From Azolla caroliniana (lineage: Eukaryota > Plantae > Polypodiophyta): a stretch of DNA of 64,000 nt. The translations under genes were made by a program, and so were the position numbers. The notes beneath the pieces were generated by a model that did no database searches, was not told the DNA's origin, and was given only the letters and a program-made list of their open reading frames with translations. The stretch's first letter is position 1. Each line of letters starts with the position of its first letter. The stretch spans positions 21,390,001-21,454,000 of the forward strand of contig JBHGNT010000008.1 of assembly GCA_043228905.1 (NCBI GenBank), written 5' to 3'. Shown in pieces: positions 9,088 through 23,263 of this stretch.

Positions 9088-12000
9088 ATGGATAGAGGCA
9101 TGGCTAGCTTGCTTCCAACGGAGAAGCTCGACAAAAACAACTACGCGTCTTGGTCTTCCAAGATGCCCCAGTACCTGTTCAGACACGGTTACTAGAGCTA
9201 TGTCGATGGAGCAAATGACACAGCACCCAATTCGACACACAAAGACTTCCCGGCGTGGGAACAATCAGCAAGCAGAGTGTTATACTATTTCGCGTCTTGT
9301 GTGGGCGAATAGCTATTAAGCTACGTTCGGGATGCAAAAACGTTGAAGGGTGCGTGGGAAAATCTGAAGAAGATCTTCGCCGCGAGCACCACAGCCAGGA
9401 AGCTTCAGCTCTGACAGGCGTTGAGCAACCTACGACAACGCGATTTGTCGGTGGCTAACTAAACCTCGAAGATCAAGGACATATGCGACTCCTTAGCCTC
9501 CATCAATGTGAACATCGAGGAAAGCGAGATGGTCCACATCTGTCTCGGGGGTTTGGCGTCAAAGTTTGGAGCGTTCCGAACTGTTGTGTGTACACGGGAG
9601 AATACGTCGTCGTTTTTCGACTTACAGTCGATCCACCTTAAACAGGAGAACCACGGGGTGTGTCGACAAACACGCATGCAGACAACAAGATGTTGTACAC
9701 GGAGGGAGAGAGGCCCCGTGGTCATGGCGGACGAGGCGAGTCGGTACGCAATGGACGCGGCCGACGGGATCAAGGAAGAAGGCACTGAAGTGATGCCAAC
9801 AGCAACTCCGGACCCTCCGGAAACAGGGGGAGTCGAGGCGACGAGAACCAGTAAGGGAAATCTGCCGCGGAATGCTGGTACTGTGGCAAGAAAGGCCATA
9901 GGGAGAGCGAGTGCTGGAAAAAGCGCGCCGAGTCAAAGAGGACTGGTTCCGGATCTTGTTCCGAACATACCGACAAAGGAAACCGGCAACGATCGCACTA
10001 CGCCGAAGGATCCGGAAAAGCCGAAAAAGGGTCAGTCTTCATGACAAGACACGAAGCAAACTCAATGAAGAAGATCACCCCAAAGTCGGAGGAGGTGTGG
10101 TACGTCAACTCCGGCGCGCCAAACCACATGACGTGCCACGAGGAGTGGTTCTCATACCTTGAGAAATCGACGCAACCAGGAGTAGTCGCAACCGGAGACG
10201 ACACTCTACATCCGATCGCGAGTGTCGGTGAAGTTCCCTTGAGCCATGTCGGGTAGAAAGGGAAACTTATGAACGTGTTACATGTCCCAACCATCACGAA
10301 GAATCTGGTGTCGGTCGGCCAGATCATCGACCAGGGGATGCAGGTTTGGTTTACACACCTCGAGTGCTTCATCGAGGAAGAAGGCCGTATTATTGCGCAA
10401 GGGCGCAGAGATGGGAGGATGTTCATCCTCGACTCTACTGACGGTGGCACCGCAATGTTCGCGAAGGGACAAAAAGTCGAGTTGGACATCGACTTATGGC
10501 ACAAGCGGATAGGCCACATCAACTACCAGCGGCTTTAAGACCTACAATCGAAACAAGTAGTGTTCGGATTGCCCAAATTTAGTGGCCGGAAGGCACAAAT
10601 TTGTGAAGCCTGCCAGCTTGGGAAGCAACACCGACTTCCCTTCCCCAACGAGTGTAACTGGAGCTGGAACAAGCTCGACGTGATACACTCAGATGTGTGG
10701 GGGCCAGCACAAAACGTTAGTCTTGGCAGGAGCCGATATTTCGTCTCCTTCATCGACGACTACACGCAGCACACATGGGGCTACCTCATCGAGCGAAGTC
10801 TTTGACTATTTCCGGGACTTCAACGGGTTCATGGAAACGGAAACAGGAAGAAAGATCAAGTGCCTACGGTCGGATGGCGAAAAAGAATACTTTTCCGGTC
10901 AATTCAACGGTTATCTACAACAAATGGGAATTCGGCGCGAATTCAGTTGTAGATACACGCCAGAGCAAAACGGCGTGTCCGAGAGCAAAAATCGGTCGGT
11001 TGTGGAGGCGGCACGGGCAATGCTAGAAGAAAAGACCTTGCCCAAGTTATACTGGGCCGAGGCGGTAAGGACCACGGTATACATCCAAAATCGGATCGGA
11101 GAAAAAGTGTCGGCGCACGAGCTATATTTCGGAACGAAGCCGAACTTACGACACTTACGACTTTTCGGTAGCATTGCATATGTGCGTGTGCCAAAGGAGA
11201 AACGGAGGAAGCTAGACGCAAAGGCCGAGAAATGTATCTTGGTCGGTTACTCAGACGAGCAGAAGGGTTATAAGTGTTATAACCCACGCGCTAAACAAGC
11301 GCGCGTGAGCCATTACGTTGTGTTTGATGAGTCTGCGTCCTGGTACTTGCCTCCGACTCCGGACATCACCTCCAATCCGAGTTCTGACGATGAGGTCAGT
11401 GAGGCCGAGATGCCTCCGGATGAGCCTGAAATCCGGACGGGCGAAGAGAGTCCGAATTCATTTCGGTTAAGTGGACCGAATGGATGACTGTGTCGGTTCG
11501 ACTGGTCCGATGAAGAGTCGGCGAGTAGTGGAGACTCGGCCATGCATTCCCCGCGCAGGAAGCTGAGGAGACGGCTTACATGCAAAGAGAAAGGGAAGAA
11601 GAAGGTGTCGGATTCCGGCACGGATAGGAAAGAGTCAGACCGACGTGAGTCCGACTCCGAGGGAAGTGGTGACGGGTCTTCAAGAGAAAAGTCTGTATCG
11701 GCCGAGAAGACCTCGATATCGGCTAATGACCGATTACGCCGATCTACCTGCCAAAAGAACCCAATTGTGCGGTTCGGATACAACGAGTACATGGCGCATC
11801 ATTATGCGTACATGACCCGTGTAGCAGAAGTGTGTGAGCCGGAGAGCTACGTAGAGGCAGCTAAGGACGCAAATTGGCGCGCCACGATGGAGGCAGAGAT
11901 GCAGACATTGGCGGAAAACAAGACCTAGGACCTAGTTGACGCACCAAAGGGTGTGAAGCCGATCGGATGTAGGTGGGTGTACAAGGTCAAGTACAACACC

Positions 12001-13719
12001 GATGGCTCTGTCAACCGATACAAGGCCCGGTTAGAAGCGAAAGGCTACACGCAGAAACACGGCATCGACTACGATGAGACGTTTGCGACGATCACGAAGA
12101 TGACGACCGTGTATGTTTTGCTCGCAGTAGCCGTGGCCAAGGGGTGGCACTTACATCAGATGGATGTAAAGAATGCGTTCCTGCAAGGTGAGCTTGAGGA
12201 ACTAGTGTACATGGTACAACCCCCCGGATTTCACTCCGGAACGAACACGTCGGCAGTGTGCCGATTGAAGAAGTCCCTTTACGGACTGAAGCAAGCCTCG
12301 CGTGCCTGGAACGCCAAGATCACACATCGTCTGCGTCGGATGGGCTTTGCGATGTCAAAATCGGACTCCTCACTGTTCGTTCGGAAAGGTCGACTTGGGT
12401 CGGTCAGTATTTTACTCTATGTTGATGACTTGGTCATCACCGGTGCCGACCTAGGTGAAATCAACCACGTGAAGCTTCAGCTTGCGGCATCATTCGACAT
12501 GAAGGATCTAGGAGACCTTCATTACTTCCTCGGGATCGAAGTGGTCCGCACCCCCGAAGGCATACTGATCAGCCAACGTCATTATGCGCTGAATATGCTC
12601 TTCAAATTCGGGATGGCAGACTGTAAGTCCGTCTCGACTCCTCTAGATAGAACCATCAAGCCTCGCCCCAATACCAGAGAGGTATGCGACCCGACGAGGT
12701 TCCGACAAATTGTCGAAAGCCTTATCTACTTGACAATCACCCGACCCGATCTCAGTTATCTGGTCGGGGTGATCAGTCAGTTTATGGAGCGACCTACCGA
12801 GGAGCACCTTCAGTGTGCGCAACGCGTACTGCGATACGTAAGCGGGACTAAGGACCGCGAACTGCTATTTCGGACCGGTCTAGCCCCGCAGTTGGTCGGC
12901 TACATCAATGTTGATTGGGCTGGCAACGCCGCCGATCGCCGATCGCCGATCCACGTCCGGATATGCGTTCTCTCTTGGGAGTGCCACGATAGCATGGAGT
13001 AGCAAGAAGCAGCCAACAGTTGCACTGTAGAGCACCGAAGCCGAGTATAGAGGAGCGGTTGTCGCGACATGCGAAGCCATATGGTTGAAGCGGCTACTTA
13101 AGGATCTGCAGGTGGAGGTGTCCGACTACTTAAGGATCTGCAGGATCTGCTCGCGAAGAACCCCGTCTTCCACGCACGGACCAAGCACATTGAGGTACAC
13201 TACCATTTTGTCCGTGAGCGTGTCCTTTTTGGTGAAGTCAAACTTCAGTATGTTCCGACAGATCGGCAGACCGTCGACATCTTCACCAAGCCTCTTGGTC
13301 TGGACAAGTTGTGGCAATTCTCGGGTGCGCTTGGGTTGCGTCACCTCGACGTGCCGAACTTGAGGGGGAGAGACGTCCCAAATGACCATGGAAGGGAGCA
13401 GGAAAGGAGCGGAAAAAACCGTAGCGCCGAGTCGGATGATGAATTCGACTTCGGATCGGCTGAAGAAGCCGAAGGTGGATCCGCCGATGAGTCCGAAAAC
13501 GGACATAAGGGGAGCAACCAGAAGAAAGAGCCAAAGCCAACCAAGCATGGGGGAGATGACATCGTCAAGGGCAAGAAAACCAAAGACGAGTTGGAGACAA
13601 CCAACTCAGACGAGAGCGAAAACCGATCGGGGGTAGCCGAGTTGGTTCGGATGTTTGATTCAGATACACTGAATCAATTGAGGGTCAAGCGGAAAAGAAG
13701 GCAGCAGGAAAAGCGCTAA
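9088..13719 (+). pseudogene. Copia A gag-pol, disrupted (gag, zinc knuckle, PR, INT, RT, RH)
   Basis: CWYCGKKGH knuckle; WYVNSGA protease; HSDVWGP, LRSDG and EQNGVSE integrase; LYVDD RT; RNase H TKHIEVHYHFVRE. Many stops and frameshifts. Confidence 0.92.
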
Positions 13720-16700
13720 CACCACGACAGCAAGGAAGCTGTGAAGGGTCGTGGGAGCATACAAGCCGACCGAAAGGGTCGAAGCGCACAGAGTTGAACA
13801 GGTCGAGGAGCGCGAGCAAGGTGTGGAGCCAGGAGAAGCCGAAGCGTAGATCCGGTGGAGCAGGCGGAACCTCAAGTTGAGCTTGAGGGGGAGTGTTGAG
13901 AGATGTAAACGATTTCTTGCGGAAGCATTAGAAAAACAGAGAAATTAGGGAAAACACAGAGTACGCAGGAGAGACAGAGAGAGCAAAACATAAAAGCTAT
14001 ATTCAAAAACGATATATGCCTCTGTCCTTTACAATTGTGCTCAATCACACTATTAATACAAGTCCTCATGGGACTGACAGAAGTACCGCGTACTTCAATG
14101 CTCACATGAGCTTCTGACACTTACTACGAGACTATAATTGCCCAGTAGTCTAAACTAATACTAGACTTCCGGTTACCGATTGGACCCGGCTAACCGGCTC
14201 CCCAGCTCACCGACTCTGTTGCTTACCGGCTCAGGCTTATTCAGCCGATCCGGCTCCAGTTGAGCTTGCCACTTCAACACTCCCCCTCAAGCTCAACTTG
14301 AGGTTGGATCCTAGTGTCAGTCTCTGTGGTAGTCTGGTTCTTCCAACAGACTTCTCCTGGCGTCGCTCCGCCTTGCTCGCGCTCCTCGTCCGGTCTGGTT
14401 CTGTTTGCCGCGACCCCTCTTGTTCTGCGCGCCTCGACCTTCTCGATCGGTATGTTTGCTCAATAGGCCCCTCCCCTCTCAACTCTTTCGCTACTATGAC
14501 TCCGGCGCTTATCGATCCGTCGGTTCCTCCGCGATGGCATCGACTTCCGCTGCATCTGTGTCTGCTTGGCCTTGAATTGATCTGGTTCTGCCGAATCTGT
14601 CTTTTGAACCCAATCGACTGTCTCTGATTCGTTCACACTCTTGTCCGAATTGGTTGCTCCCGATTCGTCTTCTGGTTCCAAGCCCTTCACCACATCGGAC
14701 CATGTCCGGGTCTTGGCCTTCTTCCTTCGGTCGGCTCTGTCCTTCTTGACTCTGCCGCCTTCTGTTCTTCCCTCACCGGCGCAATCGGCAGTCTATTTGC
14801 CTTTGCCCGTTCTCCCCCTCAAGTGTGGCACATCGAGATGCTGAACACCAAGCATTTCGGTGAAGTGTTGCAACTTGTCCGATCCGAGCGGCTTGGTGAA
14901 GATGTCGGCTATTTGTCGATCTGTGTGAACATACCGTAGTTCAACTTCACCACTCAGGACCCGCTCACGCACAAAGTGATAATACACTTCTAAGTGCTTC
15001 GTGCGAGCATGGAACACAGGGTTCTTGGTGAGTTGCATGTTGCTTATGTTGTCGCAATAGACCAGAATCGGGGTCGGTACCTCGATCCGTAAGTCTTGCA
15101 GCAGTTACCGAAGCCAGATGGCTTCATAGGTGGCAATGGTAGCGCCCCGATACTCAGCATTGGTGCTCGACAGAGCAACTGTTGGCTGCTTTTTGTTGCT
15201 CCATGCAACAGCTGCGCTACCTAGGGAAAACATGTAACCAGAGGTTGATCGGCGATCTGATGCATCGTCGGCCCAGTCGGCATCCGTGTAACCGACGAGC
15301 TCTTCGGTTATACCTCGCTGGTAGAACAATCCCCGGTCCTTCATGCCGCTTACATATCGCAGTATCTGTTGCACGCACTGAAGGTGCTCCACGGTCGGCT
15401 TCTGCATGAATTGACTTATCATTCCGACTGGATAGCTGATGTCAGATTGAGTGATAGATAGTCAAGTAAATAAGGCTTCCGACGATTTGTCGGAACCGTT
15501 TCTCATTGCAGGCCGGTCCGGAATTGGGACGAAGCTTCTAATTCCGGTCCAAGGGTGTGCAGACAGGTCGGCATTCTGTCATGCCGAACTTGTACAGCAT
15601 ATTCAAGACGTAATGTCGTTGTGAGAGCAATATGTCGTCCGGGGTTCGGATCACCTCGATCCCTAGAAAATAATGAAGGTCCCCCAGATCCTTCATCTCA
15701 AATGTGTCCGACAACTGGGACTTGACGCGGTTGATTTCTGGAACTCCTGGTCCAATGATGACTAGATCATCAACATACAATAGTATACATACCGGAGTGG
15801 CTAAGCCTTGCTGGATGAACAATGAAGAGTCTGATTTGGAGGCCACAAACCCCATCTTACGCAACCGGTGCGTGATCTTCGCATTCCAAGCTCGAGGGGC
15901 TTGCTTAAGGCCATACAACGACTTCTTCAGCCGGCATACCGCCGACTTGTTCATCTCCGATTCAGAGCCGAGGGGCTGAGTCATAAAGACTTCTTCTTCA
16001 AGATCACCCTGAAGAAACGCATTCTTCACATCCATCTGGTGAAGATGCCACCCCCTTGCTACAGCAACCGCCAACACCACACGAACCGTCGTCATCTTCG
16101 CTACCGGAGCGAAGGTCTCGTCGTAGTCGATTCCGTGGGTCTGCACATATCCCTTCACCACTAACCGGGCTTTATACCGGTTAATAGAACCGTCGGTGTT
16201 GTACTTTACCTTGTATATCCACTTGCATCCGATCAGTTTACAGTGACGAGGAGGGTCAACCAGGTCCCATGTCTTGTTGACATCAAGTGCCCGCATTTCT
16301 TCTTCCATAGCGGCACGCTAATTTGCGTCCTTGGCCGCTTCTGCGTAGCTCTCCAGCTCACACACTTCCGCCACCTTACTCATGTACGCATAGTGATGTG
16401 CCATGTACTCATTGTACCCATACCGCTTGACGGGATCCTTGTGGCGGGTGGACCGACCTAACTCACTGTTACCCGGTTTGAGGCCCTTCTTGGCCAGTTC
16501 GGTCTTCGTTGCCGAAGATCCTCCTTTCTCCTTGTCGGAGTCGGATGCACACTAATCCGACTCATCGTTGCCGGTTTCGAATTCCGACATCTTCTTCTTC
16601 CCCTTCTCTTTGTGCATGAACCATCGCCTGGGTTCCTTGCGCGGGGAGTGCACGGCAGAGTCTCCACTACTCGTCGGTTCCTCATCGGACTGGTCAGATT

Positions 16701-17343
16701 GACTCAGTCTCTCGTTTGGCCCGCTCAACGGAACGATTCCGAACTCTCATCCAGAGTCCCTGCTTCATCATCCTCTACCTGGGCCGGTTCAGGCTCACTA
16801 GCCTCATCCATCGGCACCAGGTTGGATTCGGAAGTCGGAGCCGATAAGGAGTACCACGATGCTGATTCATCGAACTCGACATCTCGACTAACTCGGACCT
16901 ACTTTGTCCGGGGGTTATAACACTTATAACCCTTCTGCTCTTGAGCATAGCCAATTAGGATGCATTTTTCCGATTTTGCATCTAGCTTCCTCCGCTTCTC
17001 TTCTGGTACATGCACATATGCAATGCTACCGAAGATCTTAAGGTGTCTCAAATTCGGCTTGCGTCCAAAATACAGCTCGTGAGCTAACACCTTGTCATCG
17101 ATCTGGTTCTAGATGTAGACAACTGTTCAGACTGCCTCCGCCCAATAGAATTTGGGCATGCTCTTCTCCTCCAGCATTGTCCTTGCCGCATCAATAAGCG
17201 TCTGGTTCTTCCTTTCGGCAACACCGTTCTATTACGGTGTGTATCTGTAGCTGAACTCTCGCCAAATTCCCTTTTGCTGCAGATAACTGTTGAATTGGCC
17301 GAAAAAGTACTCTTTTCCGCCATCCGACCGCAGGCATTTGATC

Positions 17344-17900
17344 TGACAGGAATACACGCTCCCGATGAACAGCACTCGGCCACAACCGAGCCTAGAATCA
17401 AACACAGTAAACGGGTAATGAACGCACGACACAATGAAGAGAAGAGTACACAGGATGTTAACGTGGAAAACCCAAACTAGGTAAAAACCACGGTAGCCCA
17501 CAAACTGCAAACTATCACTATATCAGAATGTACAATAGAGAAGCACCGAGGCAACGACCTCGAGCTTGCTATCTTCGCCACAAGCGGCGGTTACAACAAA
17601 GGCAACGACCTCTTCCTCTCTCTCTCTCTGTACACAGTTACACGCTCTAATCTTGAACCAACAAGAATAAAACATCATCTTAAACTAAGTTTGCCCTAAG
17701 TCATATTTATACTAAAATGACTTTTTGGCTATTTACAAATATAGCCCCGATGGACACTCAGAAACATATTTACGAATATGTCCCTTCATCCGGTGAGCAC
17801 TCCTCACCGAGCCTGCATCATCCGGCGCTTGACGAGCACTCATCATCCGGTTCTCACCGGGTCTTCTCACTTCCCATCCGGAGGAACCTGTTTCCTAACA
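17344..17900 (-). mobile_element. Copia D-family solo LTR (557 bp) in the Copia B integrase
   Basis: TGACAGG...CCTAACA; TSD TGATC (17339-17343 and 17901-17905); reverse complement of the LTR at 18355-18979. Confidence 0.95.
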
Positions 17901-18354
17901 TGATCTTCCTCTCCGATTCCCGTTCCCCCATGCTTTGGAGACTTTGGAAACACTTGAAGACTTCACTCTTCCGCTCAATGACGTAGATCCATGTGTGCCG
18001 CGTATAGTCGTCGATGAAGGAGACGAAATATCGACTCCCGCCATGACTAACATTCTGTGCCGGTCCCCACACATCCGAATGGATAAGGTCAAGCTTGTTA
18101 CGGCTCCGGTTACATTCGGTGGGGAATGGAAGCCGGGGCTGCTTCCCGAGTTGGCAGGCTTCACATACTTGGGCCTTCCGGCCGCTAAACTTCGGCAAAC
18201 CGAAAACAACTTGTTTCGTTTGCAGGTCTTGAAGCCTCCGGTAATTGACGTGGCCTATCCGCTTGTGCCCCAGGTCGATGTCCGATTCGACCTTCTGTCC
18301 TTTTGCAAACAGAGCGGTGCCGACGTCATTGGTGTCGAGGATAAACATCCTCCC

Positions 18355-21300
18355 TATTAGGAAATAGGTCCCTCCGGATGGGAAGTGAAAAGAACAGAGA
18401 TGATGAGCAAACTCGGCCAAGGCCGGAACCAGATGTGGAGTACCCGGCTACGGAAAACCCGGTGAGAACCGGATGACGTGTGCCCGGCAAGCACCAGATG
18501 ATGCAGGCCCCGTGAGGAGTGCTCACCGGATGAAGGGACATATTCGTAAATATGTTTCTGAGAGTCCATCGAGGCTATATTTGTAAATAGCCAAAAAGTC
18601 ATATTAGTATAAATATGACTTAGGGCAAACTTAGTACTGTTGTTGTTATCATTCTTGTTGGTGCAAGATTAGAGCGTGTAACTGTGTACAGAGAGAGTGA
18701 GAGAGAGGGAGAGGTCATTGCCTCTGTTGTAACCACCGCCTGTGGCGAAGATAGCAAGCTCGAGGTCGTTGCTTCAGTGCTTTACTATTGTACATTCTGA
18801 TATAGTGATAGTTTGCAGTCTGTGGGCTGCCATGGTTTTTCCCTAGTTTGGGTTTTCCAAGTTAACATCCTGTGTACTCTTCTCTTCACTGTGTCGTGCG
18901 TTCATTACCCGTTTTCTGTGTTTTATTCTAGGCTCAGTTGTGGCCGAGCGTTGTTCATCGGGAGCGTGTGTTCTTATCAAAGTGGTATCAGAGCGAAACG
19001 ACACAAAAAATGGACGAATCGTTGGGAGGCATGTTCAAGCTCACCGGCTCCAACTATTCCGTGTGGAAGTCGAAGATGAGGGACATGCTCGTGGTTAAAG
19101 ATCTTTGGTTGCCGGTTCAGTTCGGGGACAAGAGACCGGACAAAATCGACGCCACGATATGGGAGGTGATGCACATGAAGACAACGGCTTACATACGGTG
19201 CTTCATCGACATGAGTCTATACAACAACTTCAATGAAGAGAGCAAGGCTCATGAGCTTTGGGAGAAGATCAGCATTATGTTTCAAAACAAAAATGTTGTT
19301 AATCATGTTTCGGTATTTCGGAAGCTAGTAAGACTCTGATACCAAGATGGCTCCAGCATAGCGGAGCACATGAATGCCTTCCAGGGGCTGATCCACTAGG
19401 CAACATCATTGGAAGTTCCTCTCGCCGATGAGGTACTAGCGCTACTCCTGCTCGGTTCCCTCCCAGATAGCTGGGAGACGTTGGTTGTCACTTTGGGCAA
19501 CGCCGGGCCGGAAGGGAAACGGTTATCCCTAGCAAGAATGAAGTTGAGCTTGCTAGATGAGGAGGCGCGTCGGAAAGATAAGGATACGAGCTCTGACTCC
19601 AAAGCGCTCCTTACCGAATCGGAACGCGGAAGACAAAGGAACCGTAGCCCCCAGAACCGGGAAAAGTCGGGGACACGGTCAAAGTCAAGGGGGAGGCCTA
19701 CTTGCTTCTATTGCGGCAAGCCGGGACACTTCCAAACGAACTGTCAGCACTTCCGAAAAGACAAGGAAACCGACGGTACCGATTCGAAGCGGACACCGGA
19801 CCGGAACGGTAAAGACCGGAGGGGGCCGGACCGGAAGTGAACGACGGCAATCACGGCAAGTGAAGAAGAGTTGATGCTCATCACCGAGGAGAGTGAGCTA
19901 AACCTTGCCGGCGACGAGATGACCTGGGTGGTCGACTCCGGAGCGTCGTTCCACCTTACCCCAGACCGGAAATGCTTCTCATCCTACTCGGCCGGTGATC
20001 ACGGCTGTGTCCGGATGGGGAATGAAGGTACATGCCGAATTGTCGGCATAGGAGACGTGTGGTTGACAACACCAACCAGATGCAAGCTGCTACTGAAGGA
20101 TGTCCGACACGTTCTGGAGGTTCGTCTGAACCTAATATCAGCCAGTCGGCTAGATGATGAGGGCTACATGGGTAGCATCCGGAACGATGTTATGAAGTTT
20201 AGCAAAGGAAGCCTGATTGTGGCTCGGGCCCGGAAAGTAAACACGTTGTACCTGATGAATGCCCGGTTATGCTCGGAAGAAGTGAACATGGCTTCTGACA
20301 CTGCCAGTGAGGTGTGGCACAAGAGGCTGTGTCACATGAGCGAGAAGGGGATGAAGAGGCTTGCAAACGACAACCTCATTCTAGTGAAGAACGTGCACTT
20401 AGAAAAGTGCACTGATTGTCTGGCCGGTAAACAAAACCGGACCTCCTTCTGATCGAGGCCACCGATGAGACGTAATGCACCACTGGAGTTGGTGCATACT
20501 GATGTATGCCAAGTGGACACGAAGTCACATGCCGGATCGCAGTACTTCGTGACATTCATAAATGACCACAGCCGGAAGTTGTGGGCCACACCGTTGAAGA
20601 CGAAGGATCAGGTGCTATCCATCTTCAAAGAGCTCCACGCGAGAGTGGAAAGAGAAACCAGTTGGAAGCTGAAGGCGGTTCGAACAGATAACGGAGGTGA
20701 ATACCGGGGGCAGTTTGAGGAGTATTATCGCTCGAAGGGAATCCGGCTCGAATTTACCGTGCCGAAGACGCCGGAACTAAACGGGTTGGCCGAGAGGATG
20801 AACCGGACCATAATGGAGAGGGTCCGGAGTATGTTGGCGCGTGCAAAATTACCCAAGACGTTTTGGGCTGAGGCGCTGTCGACAGCGACGTATGTGATAA
20901 ACAAATCACCCTCAGTGCCCTTGGATGGAGACACACCGCAGCAGGTGTGGACCGGTAAGGAAGTGTCCTACCGGTATCTGAAGGTGTTCGAGTGTCTCGC
21001 GTACGTGCATGATTCTAAGGACCAGAGAGGAAAGTTGGATCCAAAGACCCGTCCATGCATATTCCTCGGATACAGCGATGATGAGTTCGGCTACCGAGTG
21101 TGGGATCCGGTTGACAAGAAGGCTTTCCAGAGTCGAGATATTATCTTCATGGAGGACAAGACTCTTGCCGACCATTAGTTGGAGAAGAAGATAATGAACT
21201 CCGATGAGATTCGGACACACCCGGCTATGAGTCGGTTGACACTCGAGGAACCAGTTGGTTACGGTGAGAATACCGAACCGGTAGAAGAAGAAGTAGAGGA

Positions 21301-23263
21301 AGCTGAAATCGGAACCGGCCAAGACCCCGAATCGGATTCGGATGAAGAACAAATAGTGGAGCCGGTTGCCGAAGGCCAAAGACGCAAATGGTTAAGTGCC
21401 ATGTAGGATGAGATGGATTCCCTACATGAGAACCATACGTACAAATTGATGGAGTTGCCGGAAGGAAAGCGGGCACTCCGAAACAAGTGGGTGTACAAGT
21501 TGAAACTGGGAGATGCCGGCAACCCCCCGAGATACAAAGCCAGGATTGTGGTGATGGGGTTCCAGCAGAAGAAGAGCCTCTACGGGTTGAAGCAGGCCCC
21601 CCTGCAATGGTACCAGAAGTTTGACTCCTTCATGACCGATCAAGGGTACCACAAGACGCAGGCCGATCACTGTGTGTTTGTGAAGAAGTTCGAAGGAGGC
21701 GACTTCTTGATACTCCTTCTGTACGTGGATGACATGTTCATTGTCGGACAGGACCAAGCCAGAATAGGGATGCTGAAGAAGGCTCTCAACCAAACTTTCG
21801 CAATGAAAGACTTGGGTCGGGCAAGACAGATGTTGGGGATGCATATCATCCGGAACCGGCCAACGAAGCAATTGTGGCTATCACAGGAGAAGTATGTGAC
21901 AAAGGTGCTTCAGCGGTTCAACATGTTAGAAGCGAAACCGGTCGGATCGACACTCCCGGCAAACTGCAGATTATCCGGTAAGCAAAGCCCGAAGACGAAA
22001 GCAGAGAAGGCTGATATGATGAAGGTTCCATATGCCTCTGCTATCGGGAGCTTAATGTACGCAATGGTGTGTACCCGACCGGACATAGGATACGCAGTCG
22101 GAGTGGCGAGCCGGTTTATGAGCAATCCCGGCAAGGAGCACTGGAACACGGTCAAATGGATACTCCGGTACTTGAAGGGCACTTCGAACATGTGTCTCCG
22201 ATTCGGCCCCGGCAAACCTCAACTTGACGGTTTTACCAATTCGGACATGTCGGTTGATGTGGATACCAGCTGGTCTACATCCGGGTATGTAATGACATAT
22301 GCAGGGGGAGTTGTTTCGTGGTAGTCGAGGCTGCAGAAGACAGTTGCGTTGTCAACCACGGAAGCGGAGTACATGGCGGTTGTGGAAGCCGGCAAGGAAA
22401 TACTATGGATGAAGGACTTCATCGGAGAGCTCGGTATTCGGCAAGATGAATATCGACTCTATTGCGACAGTCAAAGTGCCATCCACCTTGTTAAGAACGC
22501 AGCGTACCACTCCAGGACAAAGCACATCTAGCATAGGTATCACTGGATCCGGGAGCGAGTAGAAGATCGAGAGTTCTCGCTGATGAAGATCCACACGGCC
22601 GAGAACATGTCAGATATGCTGACCAAAGTATTGATACCTCACAAGCTGGACGCATGTCAGAAGCGGATTAGACTAGTAAGACATCCCATGCCGGAGTGAA
22701 GGGGGAGTTTGTTAGGAAACAGGATGGGAACCGGATGTGGAGTACCCAGCTACGGAAGACCCGGTGAGAACCGGATGATGAGTACCTGGCTACGGAAGAC
22801 ACAGTGAGAACCGGATGACGAGTACCCGGCAACGGAAGAACCGATGATAACCGGATGACGAGTACCCGGCAAGAGCCGGATGGTGAAGACCCGGTGAGAA
22901 CCGGATGACGTGTGCCCGGCAAGCGTCGGATGATGCAGGCCCCGTGAGGAGTGCTCACCGGATGAAGGGATATATTCAAAAATATGTTTCTGAGAGTCCA
23001 TTGGGGCTATATTTGTAAATAGCCAAAAAGTCATATTAGTATAAATATGACTCAGGGCAAATTTAGTACTGTTGTTGTTATCATTCTTGTTGGTGCAAGA
23101 TTAGAGCACGTAACTGTGTACAGAGAGAGGGAGAGAGAGGGAGAGGTCATTGCCTCTGTTGTAACCGCCGCTTGTGGTGAAGATAGCAAGCTCGAGGTCG
23201 TTGCTTCGGTGCTTTACTATTGTACATTCTGATATAGTGATAGTTTGCAGTCTGTGGGTTGCC
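18355..23263 (+). mobile_element. Ty1/Copia element D (Tnt1/Tork-like), 3' LTR truncated
   Basis: 5' LTR 18355-18979; PBS TGGTATCAGAGC 18983-18994; PPT AAGGGGGAG 22699-22707; 3' LTR 22710-~23263 lacks its last ~150 bp, so no TSD can be read. Confidence 0.9.
19010..22700 (+). pseudogene. Copia D gag-pol, with stops and an internal RT deletion
   Basis: KLTGSNYSVWK gag, CFYCGKPGH, WVVDSGASFH, RTDNGGEY, LYVDD, LYCDSQSAIHL. RT jumps from GFQQKK directly to SLYGLKQAP. Confidence 0.9.

Noticed and set aside
13309-13719. env-like extra ORF in Copia A
   Set aside because: In frame with RNase H, hydrophilic and without a transmembrane segment.
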